A stretch of 55,287 nucleotides of DNA, the filler included, from Circinaria calcarea (lineage: Eukaryota), in NCBI GenBank assembly GCA_051942165.1. It is 4 parts of 4 records of this genome, joined end to end, with 100 filler letters (N's around TTAATTAATTAA, not from the genome) between each part and the next. Parts side by side here need not be neighbours in the genome. Positions count along the whole stretch, not along the records: positions 27,722 to 41,463 come from JAVECS010000476.1; positions 41,564 to 55,287 come from JAVECS010000477.1; 2 more parts are not named here. One strand, written 5' to 3'. A model generated the notes under the pieces. It was not told where the DNA came from, ran no database searches, and was given only the letters and a program-made list of their open reading frames with translations. The position numbers and the translations under genes are program-made. Shown in pieces: positions 34,603 to 46,606 of the stretch. How positions within the stretch are numbered: position 1 is the stretch's first letter; each line of letters starts with the position of its first letter.

Positions 34603-37600
34603 ATGGTGGAGCCGGGGTTTGGACTCCATGGGCACATGAGGAGCATGTCGTGTACGTGACTCTACCTCTTTTGAAATCTTCTGTCCTCATGCAATTGCAT
34701 CGTCCAGGGGGGCCTGGATTTTCTGAAGTTCACGCTGCAAAGGGCACGCATGTATGCTGACCGTTGAAGCTCTTGCCTCCACGATCAAACTCGTGTCTCC
34801 CGGCAATAGATGGAGCCCCTTATCGCCCCCGCCCACCGTCTTGCAGCACGAGAAGGACTTTCCCGATGAACTGAGTATCCCACTACCACCTTCATGTGCC
34901 TCTTCCGACAGTGGCTATGAGATTACAGCTGGCATGGAGCAGGATCCTACATCGCTGCCGGATTTTGATCCGGCCCTGGCACGTCCTGAGGAATGCCAGA
35001 ACCTGGAGACGGGTGTTGGAATATCGGAGGACATCAGGCCAGCCGAAGAACCTTCTCGAGATCCAAGCATGACTTCCCAAGAGGTTCAAGCCCCTACGGA
35101 TTCCAACCCCCGGTCACCACCATCACTGGAGGAACTCATCCAAATGGTCCGTAAAGATCAATACGAAGAGGTTTGTTTGCGATCGCTACAACATCAGGTG
35201 CATAAACGTTTACGTCGCTGTGCTTTATTGCAGCGAGGCAATCACCTGCAATCTCATTTATATCGTCGGATGATCGATGACTTCAAATCGGAGAATAAAC
35301 CGGACTTTGGTTTATTGTATAACGACAGTCGAAGGCTACGGGAGTTCTGCTCTACTGATGCAGCCTTTCATTTCGATATGCAGAAATCCCATGGAGGCCA
35401 CAAGGTCAATGCCGGAGATGAAGGCCATCTAGCCTCCTGGATCCATGGGGTGTCGACTGGCGCAAGGGATTTGATCAGTGACTTGCTTCAGAGGATAAGG
35501 ACGGACTCATGTTTTCTCGCTGGTCGCCTGACTACCTTGTCCCACTCTCAGATCTGTGCTCTAGGACAGTCCCATCCTCTTCCAGTGACCACGGCATCCA
35601 TCTCCCAAGTGCAAAAGTATGTCTTTGGTGGCTCAGCCAGCCCTTGGAACCGTGACCACACTGCACAAGATTCTGGTAACCATGGCCGAGCACGCTCAAC
35701 CTTGCAGCAGAGTCCTCTTTCCTTAATTCTCCATTCTCTTTTTGATAGTACCTGTGAGGGTGGATGCCTAGAATATCAACGCCGCATTGATGTATGGTCG
35801 ACCGCCTGCGCCCAGGTTATTATGGACGGCAAACGTGGATCCGATGAGCTTTGTATGCATATTCTTGATGAATTTACCAGATCGCGACCATGGCCGATGC
35901 AGTTGCAATTGGAGCCATGCCTATTGAAGCTGATACAGGACGGTGCATTTCTGCTTGATTCATTGGGAAATCAGCCGGTGGATTTCATAAAACCAGCGGA
36001 ATTGAGCAATGCCAGGGTTGCTGTTGCTACTTCCGAATTTTTTGAAAAGGCTATGAGGAATGTCATCGACCTTATCACGCGCAGCCCTCCCACCATGAGC
36101 ATGCCTGGCGTAATTCTGGATTTAATCCGCAACGTTCTGGGTAAGATCAAAAGCCCCGACAAGCGGACCAAGGCACGGAATTTCTTTGTGTCTCGATGGT
36201 ACTGTGCATCATTTCTATCGAACGCCTTAATTTATCCAGAGGTACGAGCTATCGTACGGAGGTACCGTACTCATCATGCTGACTCAAATACAGAGCTGTG
36301 GTATTATGATGAAACACTATATCAGTAGCGCTGTGAGACAGAAGATACTGAAAGTGCTTGCTATTCGACTTCAAAAAACCGTAGTTGAAGTCTTATCTTC
36401 GCAGTCAGTTCAGCAAATCCCTAACATTGAATACGCTAACGAAAATGGATGACAGAAAAAGTCCAACCATGATTAGCCCTGAAATCCAGGCTGGCATTGA
36501 AAAGCTGGTGCTCATTTTCGAGCCTGATTCAAGGGGGAACTCAAACTCGAGACATCGAACCGTACGGGGCTCCGAGGCGACTCATAAACACTTCCTTATG
36601 CTCAGTTTGCAGGATGTTCTATCTGTAGCTGAAGCACTTTATCCAGAAGAAAGTCCTTTGAAAGCATACAACTTCCCTACTAAAGGGAGTATATCTTCTC
36701 TGACGTCCTTGAGCGCTGGGTCTTCCACGCTCACATCTGGTGTCGCGGCAGAACGGACTGGGACAGCGTCTTCTGATACCCCTAGCTTCAGTGGAACATC
36801 TATTAGTAGTAACACAATCTCCAGTGCGACGTCTGCCGATCAACCTGATAGTCCTTCCGTCCATGACCAGAGAACTGGAGCAAGCAACCTCGAACATCTA
36901 AAGGATGCTTTGAATGCCAACTATGGGATAGACAAAGGAAGAGTCAAAGGTTTCATAATCGAACTAAAACGACTTTCAGAGAGCCAAGCAGTATCCAACG
37001 ATCCTCTGCAAGTTCGTTTTACCGAGAAGCTGACCTGCTTCTATATACAGTCTGATAGCAAGGATTTGGCCTTCAAATCTGATGACGTGGTAAGCAACAC
37101 AATAGCCCCTATCGCTCAAGACGAGCATGATCTGGACAGGCACATGGTGGAACCGTCAAATCTGGAAAGAGAGACACGAATAGTGCTGGAAGCTATCACA
37201 AAATTGGCCCAATTTGATACCTCAGGGTTCGATACACATGGCGAGTTGAATACTCTTGAGGCTCAAATCCATGCCAAAATGGTTACTTGTCAATCGCACT
37301 ACGATTTCCAATCAGCCCATTTTTGGTGGAGAGGTTTGCAAGCTTGGTCTTCAGTCCCGCAGAAGTCGCGAGATGAGATATTCCGCAGTATGGCGAATTC
37401 TATCAAGGCTAAGATGCAACAAAGGTCCGTGCAGCGAGATATCTCGAACTCATGGATTTTCGTTCTCCAAGGCCGTGAAAATACCTGCGCGAGCGCTCTG
37501 AGTAGACAGGAAGATCTGTGCGAGGTCTTAAGAGATAAGATGTGGTACATATCCGATGTCAGGCATTCGGCAACGTATGAGGATGCACTCAACGTTACCA

Positions 37601-39720
37601 GAGCTTTGAGGTCAATGGCAAGATCCTTACCGGTTAAACAGACGGGCGTAACGGCTTGGGCTCGACAACGTCTGAAGACATCAATCGGATTCGAGAAGGC
37701 TCAAGCACAAACACTAGAAGCACTTGCGGCAGAGCCTGCCTATGGAGGTCCCGCCAAACTGACCGATCAACAAGTTGAAGGAACGTCAAGATGGTTGACC
37801 GATCACAGCATTGAAAACTTTTGCAAAGGGGAGGAGAGGATCCACAGGTTCTGCCTTGAGGTTCAGAAGTCTGCCAATAAACTTGTTGCGGAGAACTTGA
37901 TAAAGAGCCCTGTCTTGTGGTCCAGCAGCCTTTATCAACATGAGGCTCGGGAATACGGGATAACGTCTCGTCGGTCAGCATCTAAGGAGTCATATGAACA
38001 AAGAGCTGAAAGAAACGACGTGGCTAACGGCGTAGGTTCTCCACCGAGAGATCCTACTCCAACATTCTCCGTTTCCATGCTGCCACCGTATACACCCGCC
38101 AACAGTGCCGTTGGACCTGGCTTCGGTGTACACCATAGTCTAAAACAGGGGAGCAGTTTTCAGCCTGAATCAGCCTTACCTAAATTACTCAGACATCATC
38201 CGACTACGTCTGGTAGACCTCAGCGTTTCAATCCTGATGGTGTATCGGGGAACCTTGCCGAGTATAGTGCAGGAGCGAGCATCGTTCCACCTCTCGGTCA
38301 AATCTCGATGTCTTCCTTACCAACATCTCCTTCATCAAGCAAGCTTGGCTTTGTTAGTCGGTTAAAAGAAACGGCAACGAGTCTTCTTTTGAGCGATCTT
38401 GGTTATCAGTTGTGGAATCGTGGCAGTGAAACAGACCGCTGGATATCCTCTGATAAGACGTCACGGCCAAATCTGAACAGGTCATCGACTCTTCCAATAC
38501 CTTCTCTTTTACCAGCCCCCTTAATTGATCATGGAAGTTGTACAGAGAATGGTATCGCATCCGAACCATCTAACATTGCGAGCACCGAGAATATAAAGAG
38601 GTTTAATGCTGGTGGCGATGATCATACGGCAACCTCTCTTAGAGGCCCCATGATAGGCGATAAGCCAACTCGTTGTAGCAGAGAATCTCAATTTCCGTAT
38701 CTTGAAACATACGAGAAACTCCTCACAAGCTTCAGTCTTTCTTCCGACCCAAGTTTGAAGATTAATTTACTTTACGAGTTGACTCTTATGGTCAAGAGCT
38801 CAATGCACGATTTCTCCTATTCGCCTCTGTCGGCTGACACCTTCTCGCCTTCCGTCCCCATCAACTCTTACCTTGATGAGCAGAGATTACCGGAAAAGCG
38901 CAGTACAGGCAAGCCAAGGACCCGGGCAACAAGATTGGAGGAGGTGGTTGCGAACTGCGAAGAACGGCGAAGAAGCAAAGCACAACATCAAAAATCCGCT
39001 CATAGCGGTGCCGTTTACGGGGTTGAACAGGTGGAGTCAGTTATGTCTGATATGACCATGGAGCCTCACAGCCCTGACGTTATTCCCGTACTAAAAATGA
39101 TCCTGAATGACTCCTCCCTGCGACCCAAGACCCTTTTTCGAGATCTGCAGTACATCGCCGCTCTAGTACCAGCCTCCATACTCGACAACACACCCCAAGG
39201 TAAGGCCTTTTGGGACGTCGGTCTCGCTGCTTTGCTCCTGAAAGCCGACATCTGCAAGTCAATGGTCGACCGCGCAAACCAGATCGTAGCTTACCATCTT
39301 GATAAGCCAAAGCAGCCTTCAAGTGATATCAATCAAACTACCTCCAGGACAGAAACCCAAGATCTTACTCTTGCTCAAACCACTCTATCCACTGCAGCCC
39401 GTCTGTATACCATCACTGCTCTAGAAGGCGACCCCACCGCCGCCCGCGAGCTTGCTCTTTTCTACCTCACCAATCCCGAAATGGTCCCGCGTGTTACACT
39501 TCCCCTCTCTCGGCCCAGTGAGGTCTTCAAATCATCTTCTGCGGCTCTGGGGTCGGATCGAGGTGGGAAAGCTGGACTGGAAGGGAAGCCTGAGGAGAGG
39601 GGATTGGATCCGCTGACTTTTGCGGTAGCGTTTCACTGGATGGAGTTTGCTGCCAACGGGGGTGATGCTGATGCAAAGGCATTCTTGAAAGGGAATGGGG
39701 AATTGGGGAAAGGATGGTGA
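34603..39720 (+). CDS. Large (~1630 aa) hypothetical protein with RasGAP-like N-terminal and VPS9-like/Sel1-like C-terminal segments; introns 34652-34769, 36242-36293, 36404-36455
   Basis: ORFs of 524 and 1111 aa join in frame through GT-AG introns with CTRAC branch points. Domain calls rest on motif resemblance only. Confidence 0.75.
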
Positions 39721-40504
39721 GCATCGGTATATGGATTTACGTTTGGGGGCGCAATGGAATTTTTGGGGGGGTGGGGGGTGGTTCCGCGTTTGGACAGGCT
39801 GGGATAATGGAGTGAAGGCTTGGATACTCAAAACCGGTAGATCGAGGCGGCTTTTCTGCTTTTTTTGTACGATACCATCTTAGCGAGCATTGAAGCTTGA
39901 TGGGTAATTGATTGGTTCCGAAGCTCTTTAAATTAAAAACCTCTCCGTCCTTTTTTAGCTAATCTGCTGGATCCGTCTTACTCGCACAGATTTACTGATT
40001 GACAATAACACCGGGGGATGACCCCTGGTTCACAAGCAAGCCAATAGCTTATCTTATCGACTTCGCATCTCTCTCTCTCGCCCTCCTCCATCTACATAGG
40101 TACTTCATTTGGCTCATGTTCTTAAGCGCTCTCTCCCGCCTTGCCCATGCCCCCCCCCGGGAGTTCCTTCCTTCCTATTTAAATATTGAAATGTTTATGG
40201 TGTTGATACTAATAACTTATCTCATGTTCATGTTCATGTTCAGATTGTTAGTTTCTTTCTTTCGAATAGGCTTTTTAAAAATGGCCTATCGAGCTGGGTT
40301 CTGACACGTGTGTTTTGGGTCTCTACGCGCGAAACGCGGTTTCGCATCGGAAGTTATATCTTTTACCTCCAGAATAATGAATGGGTTTGTTCTCTCTCTT
40401 TTTTTCTAATCGATAATTGTTTGCTGTTTGCTGTTGCCGTCAAGACATTTGGAGTGAGGGAAGGGTTAAGGTTTCTTAAGAAGAAGCTTTTGCGGTCGGA
40501 TTCT

Positions 40505-41463
40505 ATGCAAATGCCTTTCCCTGGCTATTATATCATACTACTTGTCAATCTCACCGTTCACCTTCTCGCAACGCCCATCATCCCTGTCGAACCCCGACTT
40601 CGATCCCTTCCACATGAGTCGCATGCACCCCGCTCACGACCTCTGGGTCCCCGAGCCGTTGCCTTAGGCCCGATATCTGACCCTCCAACGCAATCCTCAT
40701 CCGGCTCCACCGCCCTCCAACCTGGCTCCCTCTACTCACCGTCTTCCATCACCAACCCCCTCATCGAAGTAACATCCCGCAGCCTAGAATCCCGCGTCGT
40801 CCACTCCAACTCCCCATCTCACCACCTCCAAAAGCGCGTTCGCGCTCGTCCCCTGAATGTCTGTCCCCTAGGCGACGTCTTCACAGCCTCCCGCTGCCAA
40901 CGCTACGACGGCCTCCAAGCCTACGTCATCCATTGTTGGCACAATACGGCGCATGTGGCCACCCCCACCATGATCCGAGGCTCCTGCACGCCCGGGGAAA
41001 TCTGCGTTCCCGGCCGCCTGGTCCCGAACCCCTCGGAGCCCGGCCTGATGGCTGATATGGCCTACTGCGTGTCCATGGAGAACTTTGTCAAGATTGCGGA
41101 AACGCAGATCGCAAAGATGGAGCGCAAGTTTGTGTACACGCCGTGGTGGGATCGGCCTGCGTACAAGGGGAGTGGCGGTCACGTCCTAGCGATCCTGGGC
41201 GATCTCGAGGGTAGGCGTAGCGTGGTTGCGGATAGCATCAGCATGATGGCGCAGAACGATATCCCGATGCGCGATGGACCGTTGATAAACCCACTGGCTG
41301 GGGGGCCGATGAAGGGCGCGAGCGAGTGCCGGAATTGCGCGGAGCTACGCTTGGACGGCGTGCCCGAGGGGACGGCCAAGGTGGAGTTTGATGTGTTTTT
41401 GGGGGCGAGGACGGCGCGGGCGCTGCTGTTTGTGCTGGTGGATGGGTTGATGGACCTGGGGAT
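40505..41463 (+). CDS. Secreted Cys-rich protein, truncated at the contig end
   Basis: Signal peptide YYIILLVNLTVHLLA-TP, a Ser/Pro-rich pro-region ending in LQKR (Kex2-type site), then a domain with 8 Cys. Confidence 0.7.
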
Positions 41464-41563
41464 NNNNNNNNNNNNNNNNNNNNNNNNNNNNNNNNNNNNN
41501 NNNNNNNTTAATTAATTAANNNNNNNNNNNNNNNNNNNNNNNNNNNNNNNNNNNNNNNNNNNN
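41464..41563. other. Artificial contig-joining spacer
   Basis: 44 N + TTAATTAATTAA + 44 N. Confidence 0.98.
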
Positions 41564-41948
41564 GTGGGGGAGGCGTGCGAGGCGGGGAGGAGGTGCGAGG
41601 GGAAGGAGTCAGCGAGGAATTGGGAGACGATGGCAGATTCGGTGAGGGTGGTTGTGATGAGAGTGTTGGAGTAGGTGATGGAGGGGACGAGACCGCGCTA
41701 AAGAGGAAGTCAGGAGAGGTGTGCGGAGAATATGGGGGCAGGGGGTAATTTTGTAAATATACCGGATTGATTTTCAAATACCATGGCTCACGCGGCTGGC
41801 CCAGGTCGATCAGTACTTCTTCGTAAGGGAGGTTGAGCTCTTTTAGAATTATGTGTGCTCGATGGGCCCAGGGGCAGCCGTGATTGGTGTAAAGGGTGAT
41901 TTTGGGGGAGATGCCGTCGGTGGCATGGCCATTGGTTGCTGAAGCCAT
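41564..41948 (-). CDS. Glutathione S-transferase (Cys active site, omega-like), 3'-truncated; intron 41698-41762
   Basis: LYTNHGCPWAHRAHIILKEL, then WYLKINP-RGLVP across the intron, then ESAIV. Confidence 0.88.
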
Positions 41949-42768
41949 GGCGGAAGATCGATAGGCCTACTATCAATCAACAGGCGTGCTTATAGATGAT
42001 CGAGGGTTGGATCGATGATTCGAATTTGAGTAATTTCCATCTATCTAGGTAGCGACGCAACTTAAATACACAAGGTACTCCGTAGATACCAGAGATTTAT
42101 GTACTTTGTTGACATGTAGGTTGCATTATTAAGCAGCTGATAAATGCACACATGCAGGGCCACGGATGGACGAGTATCCGCAAACCGTGCCTTCCATGTC
42201 GATCCGAGGAGCCGTCCAGTTGGGCATAGAGATAGCCATGCCAGGCCAGAGGGAACATGATGCAGTCTGGGCCCGACGCTTGTGTAACCCATTCACGTCA
42301 CTTATGTCAAGAGGTAGAAGGGATTCGTCTCCGTAATCAGTTTACTCAGCCAAGGGTGATAGCCGAGAAAGACATCCTTCAAGATGGAGCTGTAGTAGCA
42401 AATGCCAAGCTCACCCATCCATCACATACACAGGTGCTTGCTCACAGTGCTTTCATTTACCTATGAAAAGAAGCGAGTAACGTCTCGAAGTAGGCTGCAA
42501 AGCTCCGTCTATCCAGCAAGCCAGCTGGGCCTGAGAGCCACAAGTAGCTGAGATGACCATCTACCTAGTAAGCTTTCCCCCATACTTCCGAAGCGTAGCC
42601 TTGACAGCCAGCATAACCCTTCCACGCAACCAGCTCGTCCATGGCCTCAAATATCCCTCAGCCAATATCCAGTTCTCCGAGTACAAGTACCATAATGCCA
42701 CGAGGTCTGCCACCTATCCATTTACTGCCTCCTTCAGTGTGCCAGACCCAGACTTCATCGCCCATCCC

Positions 42769-44201
42769 TCATTTCAACTTGACAATACGCTCAATGACCT
42801 GAACTGCTTGCTTCAGGCCTTCCTCCGCTGCTCCCAAATGCTCACTCAACTGCGTCAACTCGACCATGGCTGCTGACTCCCTCAGTTGAGCGTCAGCCTC
42901 CCAGCGTTTGCTCAACGTATCACGATCCTTCTGCATATTGTCCACACTGAGCTGAAGTTTATCTTTGACTTTCTCAAAGGCTAGTTTTGTGAAGTTGCCT
43001 TCATTGCCGGCCTTCTGCGTGCTTTTGCTGATGACTGAACCATATGGGTGGGTGCTACCTGCACTCAAGCTCGGCTTCCGAGAAGCTCGATTTCCTCGTG
43101 CTGGATCAACCGTACCCCTTCCACCCACACCTCCCTTACTCCGGCTATGATTGGAATTGGTGATTTTATCAAGAGCAGAGCGAGAGCCTGTGTCGGCTGT
43201 CTGCTCTCTGGAGTCAGCCGTGCTGATCAGAAGTCCGTCATGCACCGAAGAACTGTCCATCATTGCAGCGTCTTCAAACTTCGGAACCTTAGATGGTACA
43301 AAGCTGTTGCTGTCGCCTGGAAAATGACGTTTCCTTGAGCCAAGAGGCTGCTGGTTGCTGCCTGTTTTTACTGGCTCCGATATGACAGTCACTTCCTCGA
43401 CAGAAGGGTTGCTTGCGTCCTCTCTTGCTCGCAACAATGCTCTCAACGGTAGATCAAAGCTCTTGGGCTCGGTTCCGAGGTTCAATGGAGGTAGCGATCT
43501 GGTAATCTCTTCATCAATCGGACTGCACGGTCGCCCAGGAAGTCTCCCTGTATGAGCTTGTGTTTTGGATGGCTTCACTGCTCTCGTCGATGGCTCTGGG
43601 CTCCTGGTGATAGTTCTCAAACGCCTACCTTGTATAGCTGGAGTCCGTGTACGATGCCCAGGAACCCAGCGATCGGGGTATGTGTCGCTTTGATAGCTAG
43701 CCGGTCCGTTCCAGAAGTCTGGATATATATCCAACCGAGCCTCTACGGCATATGAAAGCCGACGTGCATGATCAACAGCTGCGATCAGATCTGACAAAGC
43801 GCGCCTATTGGATACGTCAAAACCGGCGTTGGCAGCAGCCTGAACGATACCCTCCTTTTGTCCTGAAAGTGATGGGTCTGTCACAATATCAGTTTACTGT
43901 GTAGACTAGACATCTGTGGAGCACGTAGCAAGACGTCACACAGATCCTGCCCACATTCACACTCACTGTAAAAGCCGAATTCACGGACCGGTGCAGGTTT
44001 GTGTCTAACGTCAAAGTGCGCATAGAGGCAGCTGTTTCTGGAGTACTGGCAGCCAACGTTCGCCCAGAACCAGCACGTGTAGGGTAGTGCAGGCGACACC
44101 ACTCCCGTGTCGTAATGGGAGAATTCACAATAGGGGTTGGTGCAACCTGAGGGACTGTTCCTCCAGAGACGACAAGTGAGCGTTTTAGGGTTGACCCCCA
44201 T
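42769..44201 (-). CDS. Tandem CCCH zinc-finger protein with C-terminal coiled coil; probable intron 43878-43966
   Basis: C-x9-C-x4-C-x3-H and C-x7-C-x6-C-x3-H fingers. A GTGAGT donor and CAG acceptor join them in frame to the 371-aa ORF. Confidence 0.65.
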
Positions 44202-46606
44202 CGCTTGCTCACAGGGCTTAATAGCCTGGAACTGGAACGTGGAGTTGGTGGTAGAATGCTGAGAATGGAATGCTATGGCGACAGGAAACCCTGAAGACAT
44301 GATGCTGGAGAGTGTGTATGGGGTCAAGGGGAGGTGGGTAAGGCAGCTCAGGCTCTGAATAAAGTTGGCTCAGGACAAACCACCAAAGACATGCATATCT
44401 GAGGACTGGATGATGTCTACACCAGCGTCACTGATGCATTCGTAAATATGCGTACACTGTACCATGACCTTCATGCTTCTGGACTTGTTTGTTCTTTGGT
44501 GATCGGGCTTAGGCTTGCGCTATCCGAAGTAGGAAGTATCAATCTCGGGTATCTTTCCACGGACCAACTGCCCAGCAGAAAGATACCACAGCATGAGGCT
44601 CAGCAGAACCCACTCACAACAGGCAGATTGGTCTTTGCAGAGACATCGGTGTCATGCTGAATGCTCAGATAAATGCGTCCCATGGTTTCTATGCATCCGT
44701 GAAGCTGGCAAAGCCAGCAGCAGTCAGGGCTAGGATGCTGATTGTTGGCATTGGAAAGGGGCATTGGAGGGGATTGAAAGGGGTAATCAAGCCAAAGGAA
44801 GAAGGGCACTATAACAGATCACTAACATTCCTCACGGTTACCATCGACGAGGGATGTGGGAGGATAGAGATTGAATAAGGAGACTGAGTAATGTAGAAAG
44901 CTAGCCTCCCATCCGAAGCTTTGGTGAAACTCTATATTTTGGTTTCAGTGCTTATCATGATTTAAAGAAATACGAGACTAGATCTCGACAGGAGCCTTTC
45001 AACAACAGCTCCACTAGTAACTTCCGCCATCGATTTAAGGCAGCATTGATAGAGATCCCTTGACATGACCCTAGAGCTAGCTTTGGCTCTTTATCTTGCT
45101 AACCCTTGTCATTTTCGATATCAATGGCTTCAAAGCAACCGTATTCCTCATGCAGGTTTCAGACTTGGTAATAGGAAATTCTTCTTCCCTCGTTTCTATT
45201 TGATAGGATAGCAAACTAGCCCCAGTCAGCGTACCTTCAAAAGAACATAGAAGTGTGCAGCGTTTGCAAATATAAAAGTTTTCATTGACAACTTGGAAAT
45301 GAAAGACTCACCCTTGACTATTCATATCTTCCTTCGAAAGCCGTCGACAACATACCGTCCTTGCGTAAATCACCTTTGCCGGAGTCCCTCAACGTGTTAT
45401 TATATATCGGGACATTCTCACAAAAGGCAGACCATTTAAATCTGGCACGTAAATAGATTTATCAACATAGGATCAAACTTGCAGTCTGGAAGACTAGAAG
45501 CATCTTGCAATGCTCATATCATCTTCTATTAGCTATTCAGGACCCCGGTCTCGATGTTAGATAAACATCCTAAGCTCTCCCGGAGTCATTTCTCTGCGTC
45601 TATACCAAATTAAAGACCGCCTAGCTGAAGTATGTAAGGTATTCAGAGCTCCCTCAGGCAATAATAACTCCTGATAATATGGTAGAGCTTATACGGTATG
45701 AATGTTATCGGGTAGAAGTCGGTGCCAATTGCAGGGGTTAGGTTAGGGTTTGAGTGGTTGCGTCTAACAAGGACAAGACATGGTATCCTTAGCTTCGATG
45801 GTCGAGATTCGAACTCCACAATGGGACAATACTTGAGACCGTGATCTTCCCGCAAGTCAAGCCACAGCCATGAAAGATCTGTAGAAATAACAGAAGTTGC
45901 TAGGTAGATGAATCTGCAAACCTGGCAGTCAAGGGGTTCCGGTATGCCCCAATGCTAAAAGAGGGCCAATATGACCAAATTGATCCCATCTGCCAGGTTG
46001 CCAGTGTTGTAGTCTCAACAACAACAACGCCTTAGATACGTCGATGAGTCGATGTACTTGTGGTCTCGAGTCAAACGATGCGATATTAGAGGGTAATGAA
46101 CCGGTCTCCCTGCGGCTTGCGATACCTCCTCTTGAAGTCGATTGGCGAAGCATGCTTGACGGCTCTGGAACACCTTTAGTAGATGGCAATGATGCTCAGA
46201 CAGTCGGACTGTTGATAACGACGACAAAGACCACTACCCTGAGGCCATTAGGAACAGAGTCTGGAAGATCATACTAATTCGAACAACAGCGCACCTGTTC
46301 CCGGTGTATTTCAATCATCTTATTGTCTGTACATTAATATCGTCACTGTGGTTTTTCACTACTTTTTACGTGGGGGAGCTTTTTCGGAGGTCGGCTTGGC
46401 GGACAGGGATCCTTAGCGTGATTGTAGATCAAAACAAAGCGAACGTCGATACTGAAAGTTTATTGCTCAAGAGCTCTTGGATGTCGACAAATTGGATTCC
46501 TGTATCTCGTTGCTTCTTGCATGTGCTTTTCGTGCTTCTGTGATGAGTTCAGGGCAGTTATTCTGAATCATCCAACTTCAAGAACAGTACAAAACCACCG
46601 GACAGG

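Noticed and set aside
45733..45752. Telomere-like GGGGTTAGGTTAGGGTT
   Set aside because: Only ~2 imperfect units, internal to the contig.
45795..45870. tRNA-like B-box GGAGTTCGAATCTC on the minus strand
   Set aside because: The T-stem is mismatched, and no acceptor stem, D-arm or A-box could be built.
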